A stretch of 64,000 nucleotides of DNA, from contig QHVV01000113.1 of NCBI GenBank assembly GCA_003222385.1, positions 1,352-65,351 of the forward strand, read 5' to 3'. This document shows positions 56,727-64,000 of the stretch, piece after piece. The position numbers were made by a program, and so were the translations under genes. Under the pieces are notes generated by a model. It did not search any database and was not told the DNA's origin. It saw only the letters and a list, made by a program, of their open reading frames with translations. The stretch's first letter is position 1, and each line of letters starts with the position of its first letter. Source of the stretch: Acidobacteriota bacterium. GTDB taxonomy: Bacteria > Acidobacteriota > Thermoanaerobaculia > UBA5066 > Gp7-AA6.

Positions 56727-58772
56727 GTGACTTCTCGAAGGTGGAGTCTTCTTGCCGTCGCGCTGGTCGGCTCCATGGTCTCGGCTCGTTGCGGGACCAC
56801 GCCCTCCGCGCCCGGCGCGCTGCCCGCAGCGCGCGTTCCCCTTCGGAGCTTCGCGGGCGCCCCCGAAGCCGAGGCCGCCCTGCTCGAGCTCGAAGACCGG
56901 CGGGCGTTCGATCCGTCGATCCTGGAGTCGGCCGCCCGATCGGCCGACCCGGCGGTCCGCGTGCGCGCCGCCCTTGCGCTCGGCCGGATCGGAGACCTTC
57001 GCGGCCGGCCGCTCCTCGTCTCGCTCCTGTCCGACCCTTCTCCCGCCGTGCAGGCGTCGGCCGCGTTCGGAAGCCAGGTCCTGGGGGACCCGTCGCTGAC
57101 GCTCGAGCTCATCCCGCTCCTTTCGAGAAGGGACGTTTCGGTCGAGTCGGCCGCCGCGAAAGCCATCGGTTTCCTGGCGCGCGGCGACGGGCAGGACGCG
57201 CTCGTAGCGGCCGTGGACACCGCCGCGGCGCCGGAGCCGCGCGCAACGATCCTTCGCTCGCTCTGGCGGTTCGCGACCCCCGCGACCGAGGCGGCGGCGC
57301 GCCGTTTCGCGACCGATCCAGACGTGCGTGTGCGCTTCGGAGCGATCTACGCGCTCGCGCGCAAGCCTCTCGAGACTTCGCTTCCGGTTCTGACCGCGAC
57401 CCTCTCCGACTCGGACGCGGACACCGCGGCGTACGCGGCGCGCGCCCTGGGCGTCCTCGGCAAGAAGGAATCGATCCTGCCGCTCTTCGGCGCCTTGAAC
57501 GGCGGCAAGCCGCCTCTCATGACGAACGCGCTCGTCGCCCTCGAAGCCGTTCTGGAAAAGAATCCCGGCTCGACCGCCGGCAAGGAGCGGATCGCCCGCG
57601 TCGTCGCGCTGGCCGGTGACGCCAACCCGAACATCGCCGTACCGGCGTTGACCCTGCTGCGGCAGTTCGCGGGCCGCGACCGCGACGTCTTCCGCCGGCT
57701 CTGGTCGATCGCGACGACGGGGACCGGGCGGCGCCGTCAGGTCGCTCTCCTCTCGGCGACCGCGGTGCTGCGCGACACTGCGTTTCCGACCCTGGAAGCG
57801 GCGGCGAAGTCGCCCGACCCGATCGTGCGCGCGACCGCCGCGGAAGCGGTCGGCTATCTCTCGTTCTCCCGCGCGGCGCCTCTCCGCGCGACGCTCGTTT
57901 CGGATCCGAGCCCGGTCGTACGCGCGGCGGTTCTGTCAGGTCTGACCACGGGCGAAGCGGTCGCCCAGAACCGCGCTGTCATCCATCGTGCCTTGAACGA
58001 CGCGGACGCCGGTGTCCGGGCATCGGCGATCGAAGCGCTCACGCGGTCCGAGGACCCGTCCACCCTGACCGTCCTCTCGGACGCCCTCTCGAAATCGGCC
58101 GGAAGCCGGGAGCCGGACGTGCCGATCGCGGTCATCGCAGCCGCCGAGAAACTCCGCTCGAACCCGGGCGCCCGGGCGATCCTCGAAGCGGCCTATCGAA
58201 GCCAGAACCCGGTCGTTTCGCGCATCGCCCGCCGCTCTCTGCTGAAGAATTTCCGGGCCGATCCGGCGGCCTTTCCACCTTCCGAATTCCGGCCGGCCCG
58301 GTCGGCCGCGGACCGTCTCGGCCTCCTGGCCGAAGCGAAGAAGCCGTGGTCGGCGACAATCGAGACGGCGCGCGGCGCGTTTCGGATCCGCCTCGCGGGC
58401 GCGGCCGCTCCCATCACGGTCATGAACTTCGTCACGCTCGCGCGGCGCAACTTTTTCGACGGCTCGACGGTCCACCGCGTCGTGCCCGGCTTCGTCATCC
58501 AGGACGGCGATCCGACCGGCACGGGCAACGGCGGCCCGGGTTACGAGATCCGCGACGAGCTGAATCCGATCGAGTACGAAGAAGGGACCGTGGGCATGGC
58601 GCTCTCCGGCCCGGATACGGGCGGCAGCCAGTGGTTCGTGACGCAAGCTCGAGAGCCGCACCTGGACGGGATCTATACGGTCTTCGGACAGGTCGTCGCG
58701 GGGCAGGATGTCGTCAACCGCATCGAGCAGGGAGACAGAATCACACGCGTGAGCATCGCGGAAGCTCCGTAG
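56727..58772 (+). CDS. lipoprotein with HEAT-like repeats fused to C-terminal cyclophilin-type peptidyl-prolyl isomerase
   Basis: N-terminal signal/lipobox (VGSMVSARCG). ~480 aa of repeated ..DP.VR..A..ALG.. HEAT/PBS-lyase-like units. C-terminal ...VHRVVPGFVIQDGDPTGTGNGGPGYEI..E....GTVGMALSGPDTGGSQWFVT...VFGQVV.G.DVV.RI is cyclophilin. The track ORF starts at 56706. Confidence 0.8.
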   Translation: MTSRRWSLLAVALVGSMVSARCGTTPSAPGALPAARVPLRSFAGAPEAEAALLELEDRRAFDPSILESAARSADPAVRVRAALALGRIGDLRGRPLLVSLLSDPSPAVQASAAFGSQVLGDPSLTLELIPLLSRRDVSVESAAAKAIGFLARGDGQDALVAAVDTAAAPEPRATILRSLWRFATPATEAAARRFATDPDVRVRFGAIYALARKPLETSLPVLTATLSDSDADTAAYAARALGVLGKKESILPLFGALNGGKPPLMTNALVALEAVLEKNPGSTAGKERIARVVALAGDANPNIAVPALTLLRQFAGRDRDVFRRLWSIATTGTGRRRQVALLSATAVLRDTAFPTLEAAAKSPDPIVRATAAEAVGYLSFSRAAPLRATLVSDPSPVVRAAVLSGLTTGEAVAQNRAVIHRALNDADAGVRASAIEALTRSEDPSTLTVLSDALSKSAGSREPDVPIAVIAAAEKLRSNPGARAILEAAYRSQNPVVSRIARRSLLKNFRADPAAFPPSEFRPARSAADRLGLLAEAKKPWSATIETARGAFRIRLAGAAAPITVMNFVTLARRNFFDGSTVHRVVPGFVIQDGDPTGTGNGGPGYEIRDELNPIEYEEGTVGMALSGPDTGGSQWFVTQAREPHLDGIYTVFGQVVAGQDVVNRIEQGDRITRVSIAEAP

Positions 58773-58789
58773 CTGCCGCGGGTCTCGCC

Positions 58790-58951
58790 GTGTATTCCGT
58801 CGCCCGCGCGCTCCAATTCGCGGGACTCCTGGTGACGGGGATCGCCTTCTTCGACGGCGTGCTCGGCGGCAACGTCCGGCGCGAGCTGGTTCTGCTCGCG
58901 CTCGGCGGAGCGATCTTCGTCTTCGGCCGATGGCTGCAGACCCGCCGCTGA
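58790..58951 (+). CDS. possible small two-TM membrane protein (53 aa), hypothetical
   Basis: GTG-initiated ORF VYSVARALQFAGLLVTGIAFFDGVLGGNVRRELVLLALGGAIFVFGRWLQTRR directly after the PPIase stop. It is the tail of a longer spurious track ORF. Could be noise. Confidence 0.25.
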   Translation: MYSVARALQFAGLLVTGIAFFDGVLGGNVRRELVLLALGGAIFVFGRWLQTRR

Positions 58952-59003
58952 TAGACTCCGTCGCTCCGAAAGACAGGCCGTCTTCACAGAGAGAGGGGGC
59001 ATC

Positions 59004-60038
59004 GTGGCGACCCGCTCCAGCGAGGATTTCGTTTCCGGGGATCCGGGCGAGCCCGCGGTGGAGGGTGCCCCCGCCGCCGGAGTCGTTCTGGCGACGCGAG
59101 CGCTTCCGGAGCCTTCTCTCTCGACGCTTCTCCCCGAGTTCGACGTTCGTGTGCTCGGATACGGTCCCAACGAGGACGAGCTGGCCGCGGAGATCGAGGA
59201 CGTCGACGCTCTGATTACCCTCGTGTCCGACCCCGTGACCGAGCGGGTGATCGCGAAGGCACGGAAGCTCAAGATCGTCGCGAACTACGCGGTGGGAGTG
59301 AACAACATCGACCGCGCGGCCGCCGCGGCGCGCGGCATCGTCGTGACGAACACGCCCGGCGTGCTGACCGATGCAACGGCGGACCTGACGATGGCGCTCC
59401 TTCTGGCGATCGCCCGGCGGGTGGTCGAGGGGGATCGGATGGTCCGCGCCGGCGGCTTCGCCGGCTGGGCGCCCGACCTCCTCGTGGGGCGGGAGCTCCG
59501 CGGCAAGATCCTCGGGATCGTCGGGCCGGGCCGGATCGGAAGGGCGGTCGCCCGACGGGCGCGCGGTTTCGGCATGACCGTCATCGCGTTCGGCCGATCG
59601 CCGCGCGCCGAAGACGATCCGGAAGATCCGCCGCGGGTCTCCTTCGACGAGCTCCTGCGCCGCTCCGACGTCATTTCGCTCCACGTTCCGCTGAACGAAG
59701 AGACCCGCGGGATGTTCGACCGCGACACCCTCCTCCGGATGAAGCCGGGAAGCCTGCTGATCAACACGGCGCGGGGAGGGTTGATCGACGAGGCCGCCCT
59801 GGTGGTCGCGCTCGAGTCGGGACATCTGGGCGGCGCGGGGCTCGACGTCTACGAGAACGAGCCCGCCGTGCTGCCGGCGCTCCTCGACAGCGATCGGGTG
59901 GTGCTGATGCCGCACGCCGGAAGCGCCACGGCAGAGACCCGGCGGGAAATGGCTCGCATGGTCGTCGAGGACGTTCGGAGGGTGCTCTCCGGCGAGAAGC
60001 CGCTGCGCGCCGTCCCGCCCGAATCGTCCCGACGATGA
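59004..60038 (+). CDS. D-isomer-specific 2-hydroxyacid dehydrogenase (glyoxylate/hydroxypyruvate reductase-like)
   Basis: ...KLKIVANYAVGVNNID...GKILGIVGPGRIGRAVARRARGFGM...LINTARGGLIDE...MPHAGSAT... match NAD-binding and catalytic motifs of the family. Exact start is uncertain. Confidence 0.85.
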   Translation: MATRSSEDFVSGDPGEPAVEGAPAAGVVLATRALPEPSLSTLLPEFDVRVLGYGPNEDELAAEIEDVDALITLVSDPVTERVIAKARKLKIVANYAVGVNNIDRAAAAARGIVVTNTPGVLTDATADLTMALLLAIARRVVEGDRMVRAGGFAGWAPDLLVGRELRGKILGIVGPGRIGRAVARRARGFGMTVIAFGRSPRAEDDPEDPPRVSFDELLRRSDVISLHVPLNEETRGMFDRDTLLRMKPGSLLINTARGGLIDEAALVVALESGHLGGAGLDVYENEPAVLPALLDSDRVVLMPHAGSATAETRREMARMVVEDVRRVLSGEKPLRAVPPESSRR

Positions 60039-60334
60039 GACCGCCCGGCGGATTCAGCCCGCTGGAAGCCGCCGCGGACGGCGTCCTGCGCCGGATGTCG
60101 TCCGGAGAAAGCGCGCTCCTTTGGATTCAGGCCCGCTGGCCCCGCATCGTCGGAGAGCCGCTCTCTCGCAAGATCGCGCCGGCCGCGCTGTCCGGCCGAC
60201 GCCTGACGCTCTCGCTGCTCGATCCGTCGTGGCGAAAACCGGTCGAAGCGGCGCTGCCGGAGCTCGAGAAGAAGCTCGCCGTCGAGTTGCCGCGCGTGCG
60301 TCCCTGGGTCGTCCTGCGAAAAGGCGACGCGTGA
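60035..60334 (+). CDS. DUF721-like small protein
   Basis: 99 aa: ...LLWIQARWPRIVGEPLSRKIAPAALSGRRLTLSLLDPSWRKPVEA... fits the DUF721 pattern (W..ivG...P..l..g.L.v). Confidence 0.5.
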   Translation: MRPPGGFSPLEAAADGVLRRMSSGESALLWIQARWPRIVGEPLSRKIAPAALSGRRLTLSLLDPSWRKPVEAALPELEKKLAVELPRVRPWVVLRKGDA

Positions 60335-60717
60335 CCGCACCGGCGGTCCGTCTCGACGGCCTCATGCAGATCGCGATCAACGTGAAGGACGTGGATCGTG
60401 CCACCGCGTTCTACCGCGATACTCTGGGACTCCGGTTTCTCTTCTCCGCTCCGGGTCTGGCGTTCTTCGACGCCGGCGGCGTCCGCCTGATGCTGGTGAA
60501 GGCGGAGAGACCCGAACTCGACCATCCCTCCTCGATCCTCTACTTCCGAGCCGCGGACATCGAGGAGGCGCATCGGGGGCTGGCCGGCCGGGGGGTCGTT
60601 CTCCTGACGAAACCCCACGTCGTTCACCGGGCGGAGGCCTACGACCTGTGGCTCGCGGAGTTCCGCGACACCGAGGAAAACCTGCTCGCGTTGATGAGCG
60701 AAGTTCCACGGAGCTGA
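60331..60717 (+). CDS. VOC-family (glyoxalase/bleomycin-resistance fold) protein
   Basis: ...MQIAINVKDVDRATAFYRDTLGLRF... is a typical VOC beta-alpha-beta start. GTG at 60331 overlaps the upstream TGA (GTGA). Alternative start is ATG 60364. It is the latter part of track ORF 60121..60717. Confidence 0.7.
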   Translation: MTAPAVRLDGLMQIAINVKDVDRATAFYRDTLGLRFLFSAPGLAFFDAGGVRLMLVKAERPELDHPSSILYFRAADIEEAHRGLAGRGVVLLTKPHVVHRAEAYDLWLAEFRDTEENLLALMSEVPRS

Positions 60718-61010
60718 CGGCAGCGGCTCCCTTCTGGCGCCGGATCGACGGCGACATCGAGCTCCGCGTCAAGGTCGTGCCGGGGGCGTCCCGCTCGGAA
60801 ATCGCGGGGATCCTGGGCGACCGCTTGAAAGTTCGCGTCGCCGCGCCGCCCGAAGCGGGGAAGGCGAACCGCGCTCTCCTCGATCTGCTCACGACGTGGC
60901 TCGGTGTCCGCGAAGTCGAGATCGTCGCAGGTCACTCGGCCGCGAAAAAGACGGTTCGGGTGCGGGGCCTGTCGTCGGTTCCCGGCTGGGGCGATTCCGA
61001 AGAGCGCTGA
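60648..61010 (+). CDS. DUF167 (YggU-like) family protein
   Basis: ...DIELRVKVVPGASRSEIAGILGDRLKVRVAAPPEAGKANRALLDLLTTWLGV...VEIVAGHSAAKKTVRV.G, the canonical DUF167 signature. True start is probably internal (~60718); no canonical start codon is evident there. Confidence 0.6.
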   Translation: MARGVPRHRGKPARVDERSSTELTAAAPFWRRIDGDIELRVKVVPGASRSEIAGILGDRLKVRVAAPPEAGKANRALLDLLTTWLGVREVEIVAGHSAAKKTVRVRGLSSVPGWGDSEER

Positions 61011-61039
61011 GCTATCATCCTGCGAGGAGAAAAAAAACG

Positions 61040-61897
61040 ATGACCGTCCGCCCGACCCGGCTCGGCCCCCGGTTCGTCGCCACCCTCGCTCTCGGAGCGC
61101 TGCTTCTTCTCCCGTCGAGCCGTGCGCTCGCGGGAGGAGCCACGCTTCTCGGTCCGACTCCCTACCTGTCGGTCGCGAACAGTCCCTTCCTGACGGACAT
61201 CAATGCCGGGCACGTTTACGTGGAGACCTTCGAGTGCGGGACGATCACGGTCCCCGGGGTCACGCCGTCCACGGGTCAGGTGATTCCGCCCGGATTCGCC
61301 GGCCTGGTCGACTCGGTCGACGCCGATGACGGCGTGATCGACGGGTCGGGGTTGAACGGCCACTCGTTCTTTTCGGGCAGCGGGGCGACCGGCATCACCT
61401 TCACGTTCGATCAGACGACGCTCGGAGCCTTTCCGACGGAGGCCGGGATCGTGTGGACCGACGGCGGCGGCACGACGACCTTCGAGGCGTTCGACTCGCT
61501 CGGCGCGTCCCTCGGCACGATCGGGCCGGTCGCGATCGCGGACGGCTCGAACGCCGGTACGACCGCGGAGGATCGCTTCTTCGGGGTGCAGTTCGCCGGC
61601 GGCATCTCGGCGATCAAGATCTCGAACACGTCCGGCGGAATCGAAGTGGACCACCTCCAGTACGGGCTGTACCCGTCCGCCGTGGCGCTTCCATGCGGCG
61701 TCGCCTCGCCGACGCCGACCGTGGCCGGGATCGCGACACCGACCCCCACCGCGACGACGGTCGCCGCGACGCCGACGACGACGCCGACCTCGCAGCCCAC
61801 GACCGGAGCCGTAGTCCCGACGCTGTCGTTTCCGATGCTGGCGCTGCTCGGGCTGGCGCTTGCCGGGGCCGCGGTCTGGGTGATCCGGAGACTCTAG
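61040..61897 (+). CDS. secreted Thr/Pro-rich protein with C-terminal PEP-CTERM-like sorting signal
   Basis: GAGGAG(A)8 then ATG 61040. Signal peptide (..LALGALLLLPSSRALA). TP-rich linker. C-terminus ...VPTLSFPMLALLGLALAGAAVWVIRRL (motif, TM helix, basic tail). The track ORF starts at 60896. Confidence 0.7.
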   Translation: MTVRPTRLGPRFVATLALGALLLLPSSRALAGGATLLGPTPYLSVANSPFLTDINAGHVYVETFECGTITVPGVTPSTGQVIPPGFAGLVDSVDADDGVIDGSGLNGHSFFSGSGATGITFTFDQTTLGAFPTEAGIVWTDGGGTTTFEAFDSLGASLGTIGPVAIADGSNAGTTAEDRFFGVQFAGGISAIKISNTSGGIEVDHLQYGLYPSAVALPCGVASPTPTVAGIATPTPTATTVAATPTTTPTSQPTTGAVVPTLSFPMLALLGLALAGAAVWVIRRL

Positions 61898-61912
61898 AGA
61901 GCGGGGCTCACT

Positions 61913-63226
61913 TCAGGCGTAGAGGCCGCGCACCATGGTGTCGTGCGCGACGCGGGAAATTCCGAGCATGTAGGCCGCGATGCGGTGGCTGACCCCGTAC
62001 TTCTCGGCCATCGTGGAGACGTCCCGGAACGACTGGCACATGATGTCCTCGAGGCGCTCATTGACCTCCTGCTCGCGCCAGAAGAAACCGGCCCGGTCCT
62101 GGACCCACTCGAAGTAGGAGACCGTCACCCCTCCCGCGTTGGCGAGGATGTCGGGGACGACCAGGACGCCCTTCTGGTTCAGAATCTCGTCGGCGCGCTG
62201 CGTGGTCGGGCCGTTGGCTCCCTCGACGATGATCTTCGCCTTGATGTTGGGGGCGTTGCGTCCGCGGATCTGGTTCTCGTTGGCGGCCGGGATCAGAATG
62301 TCGCAGTCGAGCTCGAGGAGGTCGGCGTTGCCGACCCGTTCCACGCCTTGAAATCCCTCGAACGTCCGGTGCTTCTCGTAGTGGGCGACGAGCGCGGTCG
62401 CGTCGAGCCCCTTCGAGTTGAAGATTCCTCCGTTGATGTCGGAGACGGCGATCACGTGCGCGCCCGCCTCGTGGCACATCCGCGCCGCGATCGATCCGAC
62501 GTTGCCGAACCCCTGAACCACGATGCGGCTGCCCGCGAGCGTCAACCCTTTCACCGGAGCGGCCTCGCGGCAGATCAGCATGAGCCCGCGGCCGGTCGCC
62601 TCGATCCGCCCGCGCGAGCCGCCGAGGGTGAGCGGCTTGCCGGTGACCACCGATGTGACGGTGTGCCGGGCGTGCATGGAGTAGGTGTCCATGATCCAGG
62701 CCATCGTCTGCGGGTTCGTCCCCATGTCGGGCGCGGGAACGTCCTTTTCGGGTCCGATCAGGTCCATGATCTCGGCCGTGTAGCGTCGGGTGATCCGCTC
62801 GAGCTCTCCCCGGGAAAGGGACGCGGGGTCGCAGATCACGCCGCCCTTGGCGCCGCCGAAGGGAATGTTCACGACCGCGCATTTCCAGGTCATCCAGGCC
62901 GCGAGGGCCCGGACCTCGTCGAGCGTCACGTTCTTGTCGAATCGGATGCCGCCCTTCCCCGGACCGCGGGCGATGTTGTGGAGAACGCGATACCCGACGA
63001 AGACCTCGATGTGGCCGTCGTCCATGACGATCGGGATCGAGACTTTCGTTTCCCGCACCGGTTCGCGGAGCACTTTGTAGAGACCGGGATCGAGGCCGAG
63101 CCTCTGCGCCGCGACGTCGAATCGCGACATCATTTCGTCGAACGGGCTGGCGGAGTCGATCCCCTGGGGAAGGGTGGACGTGGTGAGCCGGGAGTCGGGC
63201 AACTCGGGTTCCGCGACCTGGTCCAC
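61913..63226 (-). CDS. gdhA: NAD(P)-dependent glutamate dehydrogenase (Glu/Leu/Phe/Val dehydrogenase family)
   Basis: 437 aa: ...[43 protein letters not shown]..., the canonical GDH active-site Lys motif, and the Rossmann motif GFGNVGS. Confidence 0.95.
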   Translation of the reverse strand: MDQVAEPELPDSRLTTSTLPQGIDSASPFDEMMSRFDVAAQRLGLDPGLYKVLREPVRETKVSIPIVMDDGHIEVFVGYRVLHNIARGPGKGGIRFDKNVTLDEVRALAAWMTWKCAVVNIPFGGAKGGVICDPASLSRGELERITRRYTAEIMDLIGPEKDVPAPDMGTNPQTMAWIMDTYSMHARHTVTSVVTGKPLTLGGSRGRIEATGRGLMLICREAAPVKGLTLAGSRIVVQGFGNVGSIAARMCHEAGAHVIAVSDINGGIFNSKGLDATALVAHYEKHRTFEGFQGVERVGNADLLELDCDILIPAANENQIRGRNAPNIKAKIIVEGANGPTTQRADEILNQKGVLVVPDILANAGGVTVSYFEWVQDRAGFFWREQEVNERLEDIMCQSFRDVSTMAEKYGVSHRIAAYMLGISRVAHDTMVRGLYA

Positions 63227-63356
63227 GGTGACGCTCCTCGGCCGGCTCGAAGCCCGCCTTCGTTAGAATGGGCACCGGATTGTATCCGAGCCTCTCGCGC
63301 GCCCTGCCGGCCTCCGCCTCGATCCGCGGCCGGCGCGGCCGGCTTCCGCCGCGCCC

Positions 63357-63983
63357 GTGACCGAACCGGCTCCTCCGATCCATCCGGTCGCCGGCCGGCC
63401 GGAGCCCGACGGCCTTGGCTCCGACCAGGAGCTCGTCCGGCGGATACTCACGGGCGAAGAATCGCTCTTCGCGCCTCTCGTCCGCCGGTACCAGGCTCGA
63501 GTCGTCGCCCATGTCGCCCGGATGGTCGGGAGCCGGGAGGACGCTCTCGACCTGGCCCAGGAAATCTTCCTGAAAGTGTTCCAGGCGCTCGAGCGATACA
63601 ACCCGGAGTACAAGTTTTCGACGTGGCTCTTCCGGATCGCGGGAAACGCGGCGATCGACCACCTCCGCAAGAGGCGGCCGCGGACGGTTCCGCTCGAAAT
63701 CCCGGACCCCGAGAGCCGGACCGGAGTTTCGGCCGTCGAGCACGAAAGCCCGGGACTCGACCCCTTCGGACGGCTCCGCAACGTGCAGCGGGGGGAGGCC
63801 ATCTCGAAGGCGATCGCCGAGCTTCCGCTGGAGTTCCGAGAGCTGATCACCCTGCGCCATTTTGGCGGCCTGTCCTATGAAGAGATCGCGCGGTTGAAGA
63901 ACATGCCCTTAGGGACGGTCAAGAACAAACTCTTTCGGGCCAGAGTCGTATTGAAGGAACGGTTGGCTGGAGAATTGTCGTGA
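63357..63983 (+). CDS. ECF-subfamily RNA polymerase sigma factor (sigma-70 region 2 and 4)
   Basis: ...LVRRYQARVVAHVARMVGSREDALDLAQEIFLKVFQALERYNPEYKFSTWLFRIAGNAAIDHLRKR...ELPLEFRELITLRHFGGLSYEEIARL.., typical ECF sigma. Confidence 0.9.
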   Translation: MTEPAPPIHPVAGRPEPDGLGSDQELVRRILTGEESLFAPLVRRYQARVVAHVARMVGSREDALDLAQEIFLKVFQALERYNPEYKFSTWLFRIAGNAAIDHLRKRRPRTVPLEIPDPESRTGVSAVEHESPGLDPFGRLRNVQRGEAISKAIAELPLEFRELITLRHFGGLSYEEIARLKNMPLGTVKNKLFRARVVLKERLAGELS

Positions 63984-64000
63984 CGCCCTGTCTTCGCCCC
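63980..64000 (+). CDS. possible anti-sigma factor, 5' end only (runs off window)
   Basis: GTG overlapping the sigma-factor TGA (GTGA) at the window edge. Position is typical for a cognate anti-sigma; too short to verify. Confidence 0.2.

Noticed and set aside
58346-58789. Upstream portion of track ORF 58346..58951
   Set aside because: It overlaps the cyclophilin domain of the HEAT-PPIase gene in another frame. Only the last 53 codons after that gene's stop are plausibly coding.
60121-60364. Long N-terminal extension of the VOC protein as annotated by the ORF track (starting 60121)
   Set aside because: The extension is low-complexity (Arg/Ala-rich) and overlaps the well-supported 2-hydroxyacid dehydrogenase and DUF721 genes. 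The VOC fold begins at MQIAINV.

Overview
This 64 kb window is a high-GC (~70%) bacterial chromosomal segment, densely coding, with about 60 CDS on both strands. Gene content suggests Acidobacteria-like (GWxTD-repeat/VWA giant protein, PEP-CTERM-type protein, type IV pilus pilMNOPQ). I found no rRNA, tRNA, CRISPR array or mobile element. High GC produces many long spurious ORFs in the six-frame track (for example 2493..4700-, 8330..10735-, 19503..22385+, 24835..28737-, 46018..48771-). I ignored these where a homology-supported gene lies on the other strand or frame.

Main clusters:
- Selenocysteine-containing selD, a DUF2007 protein, a ThuA-like protein and the glycine cleavage operon gcvT-gcvH-gcvPA-gcvPB, all linked by overlapping stop/start codons.
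- A Zn-ribbon small ORF coupled to a DAK2(FakA-like)-DegV(FakB-like) fusion.
- A Ser/Thr kinase-GAF-PP2C protein with PhzF, divergent from a FadL-family porin and a GDSL lipase.
- efp and an M23 peptidase.
- A 1230-aa GltD/NfnB-like plus PyrK/NfnA-like fused Fe-S flavoprotein.
- aqpZ and a GGDEF cyclase.
- maf plus a 1420-aa GWxTD x3/Ig/VWA protein.
- iscS-like, a Zn-ribbon FHA protein and mnmA.
- folK, a FYDLN_acid protein, tgt, an M19 dipeptidase, yajC-secD-secF and relA/spoT.
- rpmB, then pilMNOPQ with downstream lipoprotein, TIG/DUF11 protein, TPR protein and Roadblock/LC7 protein, then accB-accC.
- A ThiE-AroK fusion, a metallophosphoesterase, a HEAT-cyclophilin protein, a 2-hydroxyacid dehydrogenase, DUF721/VOC/DUF167 genes, a PEP-CTERM-like protein, gdh and an ECF sigma factor.

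Coordinates come from the supplied ORF track plus frame arithmetic. My own re-reading of bases may be off by 1-2 nt in places.
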